Of a stretch of 64,000 nt of DNA, positions 50,001-60,307 are shown one piece after another. The DNA comes from an uncultured archaeon. GTDB lineage: Archaea; Thermoplasmatota; Penumbrarchaeia; JASLWR01. The notes beneath the pieces were generated by a model. The model saw only the letters and a list, made by a program, of their open reading frames with translations, was not told the DNA's origin and ran no database searches. Both the position numbers and the translations under genes were made by a program. The stretch covers positions 1-64,000 of the forward strand of contig CAYSHM010000016.1 of assembly GCA_964430885.1 (NCBI GenBank), written 5' to 3'. Every line of letters starts with the position of its first letter. Positions within the stretch are counted from its first letter, which is position 1.

Positions 50001-50401
50001 GCGCTGATCTGAGTAAAGGGTATACCCCGGTTGTTCATCTCGCTCCTCCAGCCATCAGACCAACCGCTGTGATCCCAGATCAAAAGGATCGGGCCGTTGT
50101 CAGCGTGGGTGGGCCAAAGCCAATCGAAAGTGTTGATGATGAAGAAGCGGGAATGCTGTCCGTTCCCGTAACCGTAGCTCGCTATTGTCCCGGTGACAAA
50201 ATAGATGCCCTTCCCAGGACTACGGGTCTCGTAGGGTGATTGGGCCGTGGTGGGTCTGGAAAGCTTGACACTGTCCACAGTTGAATCGGGTGTGGTGCTT
50301 TCCGAGTAATAAAAGGATATTAACCCCAAAGGGACACTGAACAGCATTACAAGAGCGGTCATTACAATAATGAACTTCAAACTGCATGGGTTTTTCGGCA
50401 T
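46361..50401 (-). CDS. Array surface receptor 5: class-I GATase/flavodoxin-like alpha/beta head, type-B stalk, PKD, TM, Pro-rich tail, zinc ribbon
   Basis: Head ILLIWD...FDVAQYRLIIIS...MEDYVAHGGILI...HPMV; stalk collinear with receptor 4; CHSC...CPYCG. Confidence 0.85.
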   Translation of the reverse strand: MPKNPCSLKFIIVMTALVMLFSVPLGLISFYYSESTTPDSTVDSVKLSRPTTAQSPYETRSPGKGIYFVTGTIASYGYGNGQHSRFFIINTFDWLWPTHADNGPILLIWDHSGWSDGWRSEMNNRGIPFTQISANNVQDSHFDVAQYRLIIISEYQPDQYLNKMESMVSVMEDYVAHGGILIDMVGTNYQRRWSRGVPGPFGVRTQNGNDGANYVAAVGHPMVHQMNRPFFTGSSASHARITTIPTGSETLLTIGQSPGGLPVASWLEIDLNAYTDNVALSRGDPENICYARSREYTMLVNVTSSKNLNDASEIRLYLDYNTTNATFCYNWTNDTFFKLQDHDGHVQLITDHCNITTDFVENWWLNFTFHINFTFPHEGMVDCFVNTTSGTGRFNLVRFPWLFRVENDLEFSGTPKLTARYQGELEAGDWVRGNESITVEDLTVHYQGAPNLIPEDDFFDVRVMDRAGNKWWDNQSSGESIFINITTRNVIDPDEEILITVENIMDSGICTSNLTFPLKIDAQAPLPPDEIKTYAYGKTSPFTKYPTINITWKDSADNASGLKGYYYSDHDNSFTSNGTFTDLTEGEIRGLNEGFNNIFVWCEDMVGNIGPAFSVPIQVDLTGVSFSNFTPSDSIWQNQSTLDCSVEISDHGGTGVDGSSIFYSISTAGPRQFSSWVPVWVPEDGILLRVESKCKFDEGDDNYIKWKAMDLAENDFVESEPRRILIDTSPVEFSETLTSIRSWYLYREIPSTIEVWDTGDSGVDQNSVEVRYSVTGENDLGPWMAVSPDNITAGEKGRWQVTASFRYLPGSENFIQFRCTDTAGNPMVYSKRFNLRIDTAGVEFGDFIIEDTDELPEVECSIRLSDRDSGVDVDSIFYSVSTEGDIEEKYGEWQAPSPMNIITGNPFMVYCTLTLEWGRQNYVRFKADDVVGWEEVISPSYRMNVTSEPVARISRPENRRTEFRDDQIVELDGSGSSDLDGDDLTFVWSSNISGFLGNNSTLFIYLEPGNHTITLTVTDADNNTAQKDILVDIKSKTAAKKEDDDTTETETGGISSGEGCMWWWIVIAAVVFLLILLLIFLILRRRKKKSEEDEKPVSTPSPQQRKPAYPYPYQQQQRPPQYQGGPAPQQSVYPPRYNMNQPQRPGLPGLAPQYPALPQHAGPQPSPTSKRHGIPPPAPPSESQQLPPPKEAPPQYQLPSFSTAEGEQDLNRMALPPAPDEVDSGPHEHTKELKKASPLPPPGMEEAQEGSPEEEEKEEEKEKSSPSLDSVFSGLTEAASDFPPPPSSPEPSPTVPREEEPPEPKVDEPKTLQCHSCSREYQAIIESFPSVVQCPYCGAQGMIESL

Positions 50402-50787
50402 ACTGGAACCACCTTATAGGGAAATCATCTGGAACTATCATTGTGTGATCCATTAATGGTATTGGACAGCAGGAATAAAAGGGCGCTGCATCCGGAAATA
50501 TAGGTGTGCAAAGCATATTTAAAATTATTAGAGGTTTTATTCCATATCAAGACACAGATATGTAAATGGGTTTTTGGGTATTTCGATAGATTTTTCAAGC
50601 ATTATATCTAGAGGATATTTTAGGTCAAAGTCAATGAGGATCAGGTAAAAAGGCTGAAGTTCCCCATCTGCCAGGAATAATGGGACTTTAAAATATTTAT
50701 AGAACATATGTATTATGCAACTGGTTCCTGATTTATACCCTGAAAATTATGGAATTACGAATGTAGTCTCCTTGTGGAGGGGTTGGA

Positions 50788-52044
50788 TTGAATATTATCT
50801 TAATTATACTGATACTGACACTTATCGCCACACTGTATATGGCATGGACCATCGGCGCAAATGATGTTGCCAATGCCATGGGTACCAGTGTGGGAAGCGG
50901 TGCTCTATCATTAAAAAAGGCTCTTGTGATCGCGGCTGTATTCGAATTTTTAGGTGCGGTACTGGTGGGAAGACACGTTACGAAGACCATCAGCGAAGGC
51001 ATAATTGACCCCGCTCTTTTCGCAGATTCCAGCGAGATACTCATGATAGGTATGCTCTGCGTGCTCATCGGTTCAGCCGTATGGGTGACCTTTGCCACCT
51101 ATTACGGCCTGCCAGTATCCACAGGGCATAGTCTCATCGGCGGCATACTGGGCTTTGCGTGCGGGATCGTACTCCTAGGCAAGATGGGATTCGGCGATGT
51201 GCAGTTCGATACCATTGGCAATATCGCCTTGTCCTGGGTAATATCACCCATTGTCGGAGGATTGATCGCCTATTTTTTATTCCTTCTTATAGTAAAGACC
51301 ATCCATCATTCAAGGATACCGGCCAAAAGGGCAAGGATGATCGGACCCTACTTGGCCGGAATGGTGATTTTTATTCTTCTGATCTCCATAACCTACAAAG
51401 GTTTAAGGGCCATCTCCTTCGACCCTACCCTTCCCGAGGCATTGGCTCTATCAGGGGTCGTTGCATCAATGACAACTCTGGTCTGTTTCATATATTTCAA
51501 TTTCATATCCAAGAACAGACGTAAGAACAATTTTGATCAGGTCGAGAGTATGTTCGGCGGTCTTCTGGTAGTTACTGCCTGCTACATAGCCTTTGCCCAC
51601 GGCGCCTCTGACGTATCCCATGCCATCGGTCCGGCGGTTGCCATATTCAAGCTTGAGAACGGCCCGTTCAACTTTTCCATGTCAACAATAATGATCTCCT
51701 TCCTTGGCCTAGGTGCCGTCGGCATCGTCATAGGACTGTCCACATGGGGCCATAGAGTAATGACGACAATGGGTGAAAAGATCACACATCTGACACCAAC
51801 CCAGGGATTTGCAGCGACATTCGGCGGAGCTACAACAGTTCTTTTCTGCGCTAGAATGGGTCTGCCGATATCCACCTCCCAGGTTCTGGTGGGATCTGTT
51901 GTGGGCGTAGCGCTTGTGGGAGGCAGCGGCAAGGTGGATTACAAACTTTTCAAGAAGATTGTGGTATCATGGGTACTGACATTGCCAGTAGCTGGCGTTA
52001 TGGTTTTCCTCTTGTTCCTGGGCGCCTACTTCTTTTTCCTATGA
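50788..52044 (+). CDS. PiT-family inorganic phosphate transporter, copy 1 (degenerate second signature)
   Basis: GANDVANAMGT, PVSTGH, HGASDVSHAIGP and PISTSQ. Confidence 0.92.
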   Translation: MNIILIILILTLIATLYMAWTIGANDVANAMGTSVGSGALSLKKALVIAAVFEFLGAVLVGRHVTKTISEGIIDPALFADSSEILMIGMLCVLIGSAVWVTFATYYGLPVSTGHSLIGGILGFACGIVLLGKMGFGDVQFDTIGNIALSWVISPIVGGLIAYFLFLLIVKTIHHSRIPAKRARMIGPYLAGMVIFILLISITYKGLRAISFDPTLPEALALSGVVASMTTLVCFIYFNFISKNRRKNNFDQVESMFGGLLVVTACYIAFAHGASDVSHAIGPAVAIFKLENGPFNFSMSTIMISFLGLGAVGIVIGLSTWGHRVMTTMGEKITHLTPTQGFAATFGGATTVLFCARMGLPISTSQVLVGSVVGVALVGGSGKVDYKLFKKIVVSWVLTLPVAGVMVFLLFLGAYFFFL

Positions 52045-52283
52045 TATTATGTTGAAGTTATATTGGAGCTTACGGGCGTTCAATTATTAGACATCATACC
52101 CATAAGATAAGTAAATAATTACTACTGATATTAATAGGCTAATACTTGTTGGCCACATATACTGATATAAATAATACCTTAATTTTTTATAATATTGCTG
52201 CTTAATTGAAATGATTCTGCCCATGTTACGAATGGATGGGATATTATTAATGAATAAATTGAATTAAAGAGGAGTAACTAGAT

Positions 52284-53537
52284 TTGGAACTGATAACCAT
52301 CTTTCTGATACTTGCAATACTTGCGTCCCTGTATATGGCATGGACCATCGGCGCCAATGACGTGGCCAATGCCATGGGAACATCGGTTGGAAGCGGGGCA
52401 ATATCTCTTAAAAAAGCCGTGATAATCGCAGGGATTTTCGATTTCTTAGGGGCCCTGCTTGTAGGAGGGAATGTCTCAGCTACCATTAAAGGAGAGATTT
52501 TCGACCCTTCATCCTTTTCCAACCAGAACTATATTGCCATCGGTATGTTCGCGGCGCTCTTGGGCACAGCATTGTTCATAACTTTGGCCACCTACCTGAA
52601 TCTCCCTGTTTCAACCAGCCATGGGATAGTAGGAGGCATTGTAGGATTTTCCATCACATCCGCCTTTCAGGGACATATGTCCTTTTCCGCGATCAATTAT
52701 CAGAAGATTATCGAGATAGTGATTAGCTGGCTGGTATCTCCAGTGGCAGGAGGGGTATTTGCTTTTATCACATTCTTCATTGTGAGGAAGTACATATTTC
52801 ATTCAGACAATCCGAAAAAAGCTATTAAGAACATAGTACCCATTTTCGTAGCAGTGGTATTCTTTATCCTGGCTCTTTCTGTGATCTATAAGGGATTGAA
52901 AAACATTGGCCTATATGAACTGGATATAATCACTGCTCTGGAAATAGCCTTGATAGCGGGAATCATATCCTGGCTTCTCTCCATGGTACTGGTAAGAATG
53001 ATCAAACAGAGGAAAGGCGAAAGCGAGAATGACCTCGTGGACAGGATATTCGGATATCTATTGATACTGACCGCCTGCTATATCGCCTTTGCACATGGTG
53101 CTAATGACGTCGCAAATGCCATAGGTCCCCTTGCAGCGGTGTTCTCCATCTCAAAACAGGGCTTTGTTGACCCCTCATCATCCATCCCGTTATGGGTTCT
53201 CCTTCTGGGAGGTTTTGCCATAATAATTGGAATATCCACATGGGGGTACAAGGTGATAGAGACCGTCGGAAGCAAGATCACAAATATTACTCCCTCAAGG
53301 GGTTTTGCCGCAACCTTCGGGGCTGCCACTTCAGTTCTAATATGCTCGAAATTGGGACTTCCCGTATCCACATCCCATTGTGCAGTGGGCGGTGTCATTG
53401 GAGTTGGATTCATCAAGGGTGCGGGTGCAATAGATTTCAAAGTGGTAAGAAAGATCGCGCTATCATGGATAATAACCATCCCGGCAGCAGCACTGCTAAC
53501 CGTTATTATCTACATGCTCCTGTGCCTTCTTCTATAA
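52284..53537 (+). CDS. PiT-family inorganic phosphate transporter, copy 2
   Basis: GANDVANAMGT, HGANDVANAIGP and PVSTSH twice. Confidence 0.95.
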   Translation: MELITIFLILAILASLYMAWTIGANDVANAMGTSVGSGAISLKKAVIIAGIFDFLGALLVGGNVSATIKGEIFDPSSFSNQNYIAIGMFAALLGTALFITLATYLNLPVSTSHGIVGGIVGFSITSAFQGHMSFSAINYQKIIEIVISWLVSPVAGGVFAFITFFIVRKYIFHSDNPKKAIKNIVPIFVAVVFFILALSVIYKGLKNIGLYELDIITALEIALIAGIISWLLSMVLVRMIKQRKGESENDLVDRIFGYLLILTACYIAFAHGANDVANAIGPLAAVFSISKQGFVDPSSSIPLWVLLLGGFAIIIGISTWGYKVIETVGSKITNITPSRGFAATFGAATSVLICSKLGLPVSTSHCAVGGVIGVGFIKGAGAIDFKVVRKIALSWIITIPAAALLTVIIYMLLCLLL

Positions 53538-53586
53538 AGATAATAATATCCAATACTGTAATTATTCCAACAACGGCCCGGAACAA

Positions 53587-54327
53587 TCACTGCTGCTGGA
53601 TAATGATCCTTATCCGTCCCTCTACATTCTCAGCGTGATCGGCTATCCTATCGGCGTATTCAATTATCTTCAGCATGTGATATATCGCTATCATGTCATG
53701 GTCCTTGAGGTTGTATATCATTTTCCGGAGCTTCACCTTTATCTTGTCAGCCTCATGCTCGGCTATGCCTACCCTGTGCAGTTTCTCCAATACCTTATCG
53801 ACATCCTTTTTCCGGAAAATCCGTTTTACAAGGGTTTCAAGGTCCTTAATAACATCCAGAAGAAGGCCAACTGAACATTCCACTATCTGCAGATGTTTCT
53901 TGAACTCGGCCTTTATCTCGCTGGGGAAAACCGTATTCCGGGCCACAAGCAGATCTGCCAGATGCTCTGCGCTGTCTGCTACCGCATCTAGTTCAGATAG
54001 GAATGTATGCATATCGTCCTTTGTAAGGGCCGAGAAGAAACGTCTAGGGGATTTATCCCGGATAATGGATTTTATATTGTCCGCCTTGAACTCAGCCAAT
54101 CTCACCTTGGGATGAAGTTCCTCTGCTTTATCAAAATCCTCGTTCATGAAAGCTAGGAATAATTTTTTTGTGAGAATAACTGTTTTGTTCACTGCCTTAG
54201 CGTGCTCGTAAATTGCCTTTGTTGGCGGCAATTTTGTAACGTATTCATAGGGTTTGTAATACAGCTTATAGGTATCTGTGTTCTCCCATTTCAATTCCAA
54301 TTTATCCTTCGTGCTCTTTTTGCCCAT
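53587..54327 (-). CDS. DUF47 / PhoU-like PiT accessory protein
   Basis: E..AD.IK and D.(V/I)AD.AE motifs each occur twice; convergent with the PiT pair. Confidence 0.85.
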   Translation of the reverse strand: MGKKSTKDKLELKWENTDTYKLYYKPYEYVTKLPPTKAIYEHAKAVNKTVILTKKLFLAFMNEDFDKAEELHPKVRLAEFKADNIKSIIRDKSPRRFFSALTKDDMHTFLSELDAVADSAEHLADLLVARNTVFPSEIKAEFKKHLQIVECSVGLLLDVIKDLETLVKRIFRKKDVDKVLEKLHRVGIAEHEADKIKVKLRKMIYNLKDHDMIAIYHMLKIIEYADRIADHAENVEGRIRIIIQQQ

Positions 54328-54603
54328 TTCAACACCAACCTATTATCAATGATTCATATGTAAAAGTCTTCAATAAAAAATGATCTGATAATATAGAATT
54401 CGTTAACTATCTGGTCTAGATACCATATGGTATTAGTTTTTTTTTATTTATTGTTCATTCAGGAATAAACCAAGGAAAAATTCCATTTCAACCCTGCGGC
54501 GATAATAGGAAAAGGTGTATGTTCCTGTGGTTTTTTACCTTTTTCAGCATCCATTCTTGCCTTGATCTCCATCGCTCTTGACAATAAGAAACTTCCACCG
54601 AAA

Positions 54604-54652
54604 TCTATATAATTCAACATTGATATACGAGTGCGATTCGTATTGATATACG
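54604..54652 (+). promoter_or_regulatory. TATA-like box followed by an 11-bp direct repeat (ATTGATATACG x2) upstream of the acyl-CoA dehydrogenase
   Basis: TCTATATAA at 54604-54612; repeats at 54619-54629 and 54642-54652. Confidence 0.4.
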
Positions 54653-54675
54653 GCTTATTTTGTATGGTGATAATT

Positions 54676-55815
<1,140 letters not shown>

Positions 55816-55834
55816 TACTGCAGTTTTATTTAAT

Positions 55835-55864
55835 GGGGCTGTTCATGCGGCCCCTTTTCCTTTA
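55835..55864 (+). terminator. Hairpin plus T-tract after the acyl-CoA dehydrogenase
   Basis: GGGGCTG-TTCATG-CGGCCCC followed by TTTTCCTTT. Confidence 0.5.
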
Positions 55865-55894
55865 CTCTCATAATATTTTTCAAAGGTGATATTC

Positions 55895-56296
55895 TTGGAT
55901 AGAAAGATAAGGGTTCTAGTTGCCAAACCCGGCCTGGACGGCCACGACAGAGGAGCCAAGATAGTGGCCAGAGGTTTGAGGGACGCCGGCATGGAGGTCA
56001 TCTATACAGGCCTTCACCAGACCGCCGAGCGCATTGTTGAGGCAGCCATCCAGGAGGATGTGGACGTCATAGGGCTCTCCATACTGTCAGGAGCACATAT
56101 GACCATATTCCCTGATGTGTTGGAGCTACTCAAAAAGAACGAGGCCGAGGACATACTGCTCACTGGCGGGGGTATAATCCCTGAGGAGGACCGGAACCGG
56201 CTTGTTAAGATGGGCTGCGGCGAACTCTTCGGCCCTGGGACACCTCTTGATGATATTATAGAGTACATCAGGGGTGCAGTGACGGAAAAGGAATGA
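55895..56296 (+). CDS. Acyl-CoA mutase small subunit, cobalamin-binding domain
   Basis: [26 protein letters not shown] and FGPGT. Confidence 0.95.
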   Translation: MDRKIRVLVAKPGLDGHDRGAKIVARGLRDAGMEVIYTGLHQTAERIVEAAIQEDVDVIGLSILSGAHMTIFPDVLELLKKNEAEDILLTGGGIIPEEDRNRLVKMGCGELFGPGTPLDDIIEYIRGAVTEKE

Positions 56297-56302
56297 ATTG
56301 AC

Positions 56303-57262
56303 ATGGATCCTCTGGTAGAAAGGCTTCTCTGCAAGGACAGAAGGGCTGCGGCCCGGATCATAACCCTTGTGGAGAACTCATCGGTGCGGGCCAAGAAGTT
56401 ATTGGCCGAACTTTTCCCCTATACTGGTAATGCTCACATCATCGGGATAACCGGCCCCCCCGGCACAGGCAAATCCACACTTGTTGACAAGCTCACCCTG
56501 GAATGCAGGAGCAGGGGGATGACGGTAGGAATAATAGCGGTGGATCCCACTTCTCCTTTTACCGGCGGCGCACTTTTAGGGGACCGAATACGCATGGGGG
56601 CGGTTTCCATGGACCCTGAGGTCTTCATTCGCTCTATGGGCACCAGAGGAAATCTAGGCGGGCTATCCCGGGCCACCAACGATGCCATTAAGGTGCTGGA
56701 TGCTCTCGGTAAAGATATTATCTTTGTTGAGACCGTTGGTGCAGGGCAGTCCGAGGTGGACATCGTCAAGACGGCCCATACCTCGGTTGTGGTGGAGGTA
56801 CCTGGGCTGGGTGATGACATCCAGGCTATCAAGGCAGGTATACTCGAGATAGGCGATATATTCGTGGTTAACAAATCCGACATGGTGGGTGTTGAGAGGG
56901 CGGTTCGTGAACTGGAGACCATGCTTGATCTGACTAATTCGTATAAAATTGAAGGTGCATGGAGACCTCCTGTTCTCAAGACGGCCGCCAAGAAGAACGA
57001 AGGTATTTCGGAGATGGTTGACTCCCTTGAGGAGCATTTACAGCATCTGAAGAAGAGCGGTGAGTGGTCCAAGGTGCTATATCAGCTTACCAAGAGCGAG
57101 TTTCTGGAGATAATGAACCAGGAGATAACCCAACTCGTGGTGGATCTGGCCGGAAAGGGGAAGGATATAGACGGCCTAATAGAGGAAATAATCGAGAGAA
57201 AGACCGACCCCTATACGGCATCAGAGAAGATACTGGCGCCCCTGAGAAAGAGGATGGCCTAG
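56303..57262 (+). CDS. meaB: Mutase-associated GTPase MeaB/ArgK
   Basis: [38 protein letters not shown] and VNKSD. Confidence 0.95.
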   Translation: MDPLVERLLCKDRRAAARIITLVENSSVRAKKLLAELFPYTGNAHIIGITGPPGTGKSTLVDKLTLECRSRGMTVGIIAVDPTSPFTGGALLGDRIRMGAVSMDPEVFIRSMGTRGNLGGLSRATNDAIKVLDALGKDIIFVETVGAGQSEVDIVKTAHTSVVVEVPGLGDDIQAIKAGILEIGDIFVVNKSDMVGVERAVRELETMLDLTNSYKIEGAWRPPVLKTAAKKNEGISEMVDSLEEHLQHLKKSGEWSKVLYQLTKSEFLEIMNQEITQLVVDLAGKGKDIDGLIEEIIERKTDPYTASEKILAPLRKRMA

Positions 57263-58929
57263 AATATTATCGGTTCATTATATTCTCCGAACACGTCCCG
57301 AAGCACTCCTGTTATCTCTCCTAAAGTGGCGTAGGCCCTTGCACAGTCCAGTATGGCGGGCATGGTGTTCACCGTACCTTCAGCGACCTTTCTGAGATGT
57401 TCCAGGCATTTATTGACCTCATCATTATCCCGATCAGCCCTGAGCTTGTTGAGCCTCTGTATCTGTTTCTTCTCACCTTCAGGATCCATCTGGAGCAGTG
57501 GTATCTCTATGGGTTCGTCCAGAGTGAAATCGTTGACACCGATCATTATCCGGGTCTTGTCATCAATTTCTTTCTGGTAGCGTGCCGCCGCATCGGCGAT
57601 CTCCATCTGGAAGAAACCCCGTTCCAGTGACGGTATAACACCTCCAAGGCTCTCCACCTTGTCGAAGTACTCGTAGCATTCCCTCTCCATCTTATCGGTG
57701 AGCCACTCTATGTAGTATGACCCGCCTAATGGATCGATTGTATTGGGCACACCGCTCTCATGGGCGATTATCTGCTGTGTCCTAAGGGCAAGGCGGACGG
57801 CCTTCTCCGAGGGAAGGGCCAAAGCCTCGTCCATGGAGTTCGTATGCAGTGACTGCGTTCCGCCCATAACTGCTGCAAGTGCCTGGATGGTCACACGGAC
57901 CAGGTTTACCTCGGGCTGCTGGGCCGTCAATGAACACCCTGCCGTCTGAGTATGGAAACGCATCCACCATGATCGGGGATTCTTGGCACCGAAGGTCTCC
58001 TTCATCTCACGGGCCCATATTCTTCTGGCAGCCCGGTACTTGGCTATCTCCTCGAAGAGGTCGTTATGTGCGTTGAAGAAGAAACTGAGGCGCGGTGCGA
58101 ACTCGTCTACATCCAGGCCCCGCTCTATACCGTGGCGCACGTACTCGAGACCGTCGCCCAGGGTAAATGCCAGCTCCTGTACCGCCGTGGATCCTGCTTC
58201 CCGGATATGGTATCCCGAGATGGATACTGTGTTCCAAAGAGGTACATGCTTTGATCCGAACTCGAAGGTGTCCACTATGAGCCTCATGGATGGTTTGGGC
58301 GGGAATATGAAGGATTTCTGAGCTATGTATTCCTTGAGAATGTCGTTCTGTATGGTGCCCCGGAGCCTGTTCATGGGCACGCCTTTCTTCTCGGCCATGG
58401 CGAGATAGAAGGCCCATACGACCGATGCGGGACCGTTTATTGTCATGGAGGTACTGACCTTGTTGGGATCGATCCCCTCGAAGAGGATCTCCATATCCTT
58501 CAGGGAAGAAATGGCCACACCGCATTTGCCGAACTCGCCCTTGCACAGGGGATGGTCCGTGTCGTAGCCGTATAGAGTTGGATAATCGAAGGCGATGGAA
58601 AGACCGGTCTCACCGTGTCCAATAAGGAACTTGAAACGCTGGTTTGTTTCTTCCGCGGTACCGAAACCTGCGAACTGCCTCATTGTCCATAAACGCCCCC
58701 GGTGCATTGTGGGCTGGACCCCTCTTGTGAATGGGAAACGGCTGGGGAAGTTCAGTTTTTCAAGGTAATCCCAGTCTTCAATATCATCGGGTCCGTATAT
58801 TCGGTCTACTGGCATGGATGAAGTGGTTATGAACTCCTCCTGTCTTTCGGGCCATTTATCGAGTACTGGCTGGAGTGTCTTCTCTTCCCATTCCTTCCTG
58901 GCCTTCTTTATTTTTTCCTTGTCATCCAT
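57259..58929 (-). CDS. B12-dependent acyl-CoA mutase large subunit (isobutyryl-CoA-mutase-type residues)
   Basis: [37 protein letters not shown] and GGTQSLHTN. Confidence 0.95.
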   Translation of the reverse strand: MDDKEKIKKARKEWEEKTLQPVLDKWPERQEEFITTSSMPVDRIYGPDDIEDWDYLEKLNFPSRFPFTRGVQPTMHRGRLWTMRQFAGFGTAEETNQRFKFLIGHGETGLSIAFDYPTLYGYDTDHPLCKGEFGKCGVAISSLKDMEILFEGIDPNKVSTSMTINGPASVVWAFYLAMAEKKGVPMNRLRGTIQNDILKEYIAQKSFIFPPKPSMRLIVDTFEFGSKHVPLWNTVSISGYHIREAGSTAVQELAFTLGDGLEYVRHGIERGLDVDEFAPRLSFFFNAHNDLFEEIAKYRAARRIWAREMKETFGAKNPRSWWMRFHTQTAGCSLTAQQPEVNLVRVTIQALAAVMGGTQSLHTNSMDEALALPSEKAVRLALRTQQIIAHESGVPNTIDPLGGSYYIEWLTDKMERECYEYFDKVESLGGVIPSLERGFFQMEIADAAARYQKEIDDKTRIMIGVNDFTLDEPIEIPLLQMDPEGEKKQIQRLNKLRADRDNDEVNKCLEHLRKVAEGTVNTMPAILDCARAYATLGEITGVLRDVFGEYNEPIIF

Positions 58930-58934
58930 GCTGA

Positions 58935-59468
58935 TCACCGTTCTATACCTTCCCTTGCGTCTATTCCCTTCATGTAGGGGTGCTTGACCTCGCTTATGAC
59001 CGATACCAGATCGGCAATGTCGATTATGGCCGGAGGAGCGTATCGCCCAGTGAGCACCAGCTCAGTATGTTCCGGGCGCGAGCGTATCATCTCAAGGACT
59101 GGTTCTATATCCAGTAATTTGTAGTCCAGGGCGATGTTCAGCTCATCCAGCACTACCATGTCGTAATCCCCGGAAGATATCACTTCCTTCGCTCTTTGGA
59201 ATCCTTCCTCCGCCCAATCTATATCCACCTGTGCCGGATTGGCCTTGTTCACAAAATCGGGCCTTCCGTACTGTTCGATGGTTACATTGGGGAGATGCTC
59301 TATTGAGTTCAGTTCTCCGTAATTTATCTCACCCTTCATGAACTGGACTATTATAACATCCTGGCCCTTGCCGGAAGCTCTCAGGGCCTGCCCAAGGCTG
59401 GCAGTTGTCTTTCCCTTTCCGGTGCCTGTGTATACCTGTACGAGTCCGACCCTCGATCTCTTGGCCAA
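58935..59468 (-). CDS. cobO: Cob(I)alamin adenosyltransferase
   Basis: [31 protein letters not shown] and KHP...G; TTG start after GGAGG. Confidence 0.93.
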   Translation of the reverse strand: MAKRSRVGLVQVYTGTGKGKTTASLGQALRASGKGQDVIIVQFMKGEINYGELNSIEHLPNVTIEQYGRPDFVNKANPAQVDIDWAEEGFQRAKEVISSGDYDMVVLDELNIALDYKLLDIEPVLEMIRSRPEHTELVLTGRYAPPAIIDIADLVSVISEVKHPYMKGIDAREGIER

Positions 59469-59559
59469 AATAGGTCCTCCTTGGGTAGTTAATCGGATAA
59501 TCGTGTTATAATCCTTTCGGAAACATATTCCAGCGGAGAAATGGGAGGTTTTCAATGGA

Positions 59560-60165
59560 TCAGCCAAGCTCGTTCTCCTTCAGCGTCTCGTAACCCTCCT
59601 TGAAAAGGAACAGAGAAATAACGATGCCTGCAATAGGGTCTCCCCGCCACCATCCTAGAATATAGTTTGCACCAAGGCCGGCAAATAAAGCAACTGAAAG
59701 GAAGAAACAAGCAAGGGTTTGTTTTGAATCCGCCATCATACTTGCGCTTTTCAGTGATTTCCCGGTTCGGTACTTCACATAGAAAAGGAGAGGCATTGTG
59801 ATCATGGAAACCCCTGCAATGACCAGCCCCCAAATACTGGGGTCCGGTTCCTCGTGGAGATACAATTTCCTAACGGATTCGAATACCACATACACACCAA
59901 GTAGAAAAAATGAGATGCCGACCAATTTCACTGCCTTCTTCTCAACCTTTTCCTCTTCCTCGGGAGATATTTTACCGTGCTTTCGGAATCTCCATATCAG
60001 AACACTTCCAGATATAGACTCCACGAAGCTGTCGGAACCGAAACCGATAAGGGCTGAGCTTCCGGCAAAAAAACCCAGTAAAATTGATAAGATGCCTTCT
60101 ACAACATTGTAGCCAACAGTAATATATGACAGTAATAGGGACCTGCGGTAAAGTTTCTCGTTCAT
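59560..60165 (-). CDS. Cation-efflux (CDF-like) transporter, transmembrane domain only
   Basis: Six TM helices, GSSALIGFG.DS.VE, ADSKQT and W..DPIAG. Confidence 0.8.
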   Translation of the reverse strand: MNEKLYRRSLLLSYITVGYNVVEGILSILLGFFAGSSALIGFGSDSFVESISGSVLIWRFRKHGKISPEEEEKVEKKAVKLVGISFFLLGVYVVFESVRKLYLHEEPDPSIWGLVIAGVSMITMPLLFYVKYRTGKSLKSASMMADSKQTLACFFLSVALFAGLGANYILGWWRGDPIAGIVISLFLFKEGYETLKENELG

Positions 60166-60307
60166 GCGACCAGTCAGCCTTTATCTTATATTGGATATTG
60201 AATAACACTGAACACTATTAAAAACCAAGGTACCAAAATAATTACAAATCACCGCAAAACTATATTAATGGTCAATAATCTATTCGTTCTAAACCGGAGG
60301 TTTTATT

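Noticed and set aside
29568-50401. Diversity-generating retroelement or shufflon driving the array
   Set aside because: No reverse transcriptase, recombinase, inverted crossover sites or adenine-specific TR/VR pair is visible in the window.
52123-52168. TACTGATAT repeated between the PiT genes as a Pho-box-like site
   Set aside because: The repeat is short and AT-rich with 37-bp spacing, and it was not seen at the other phosphate loci.
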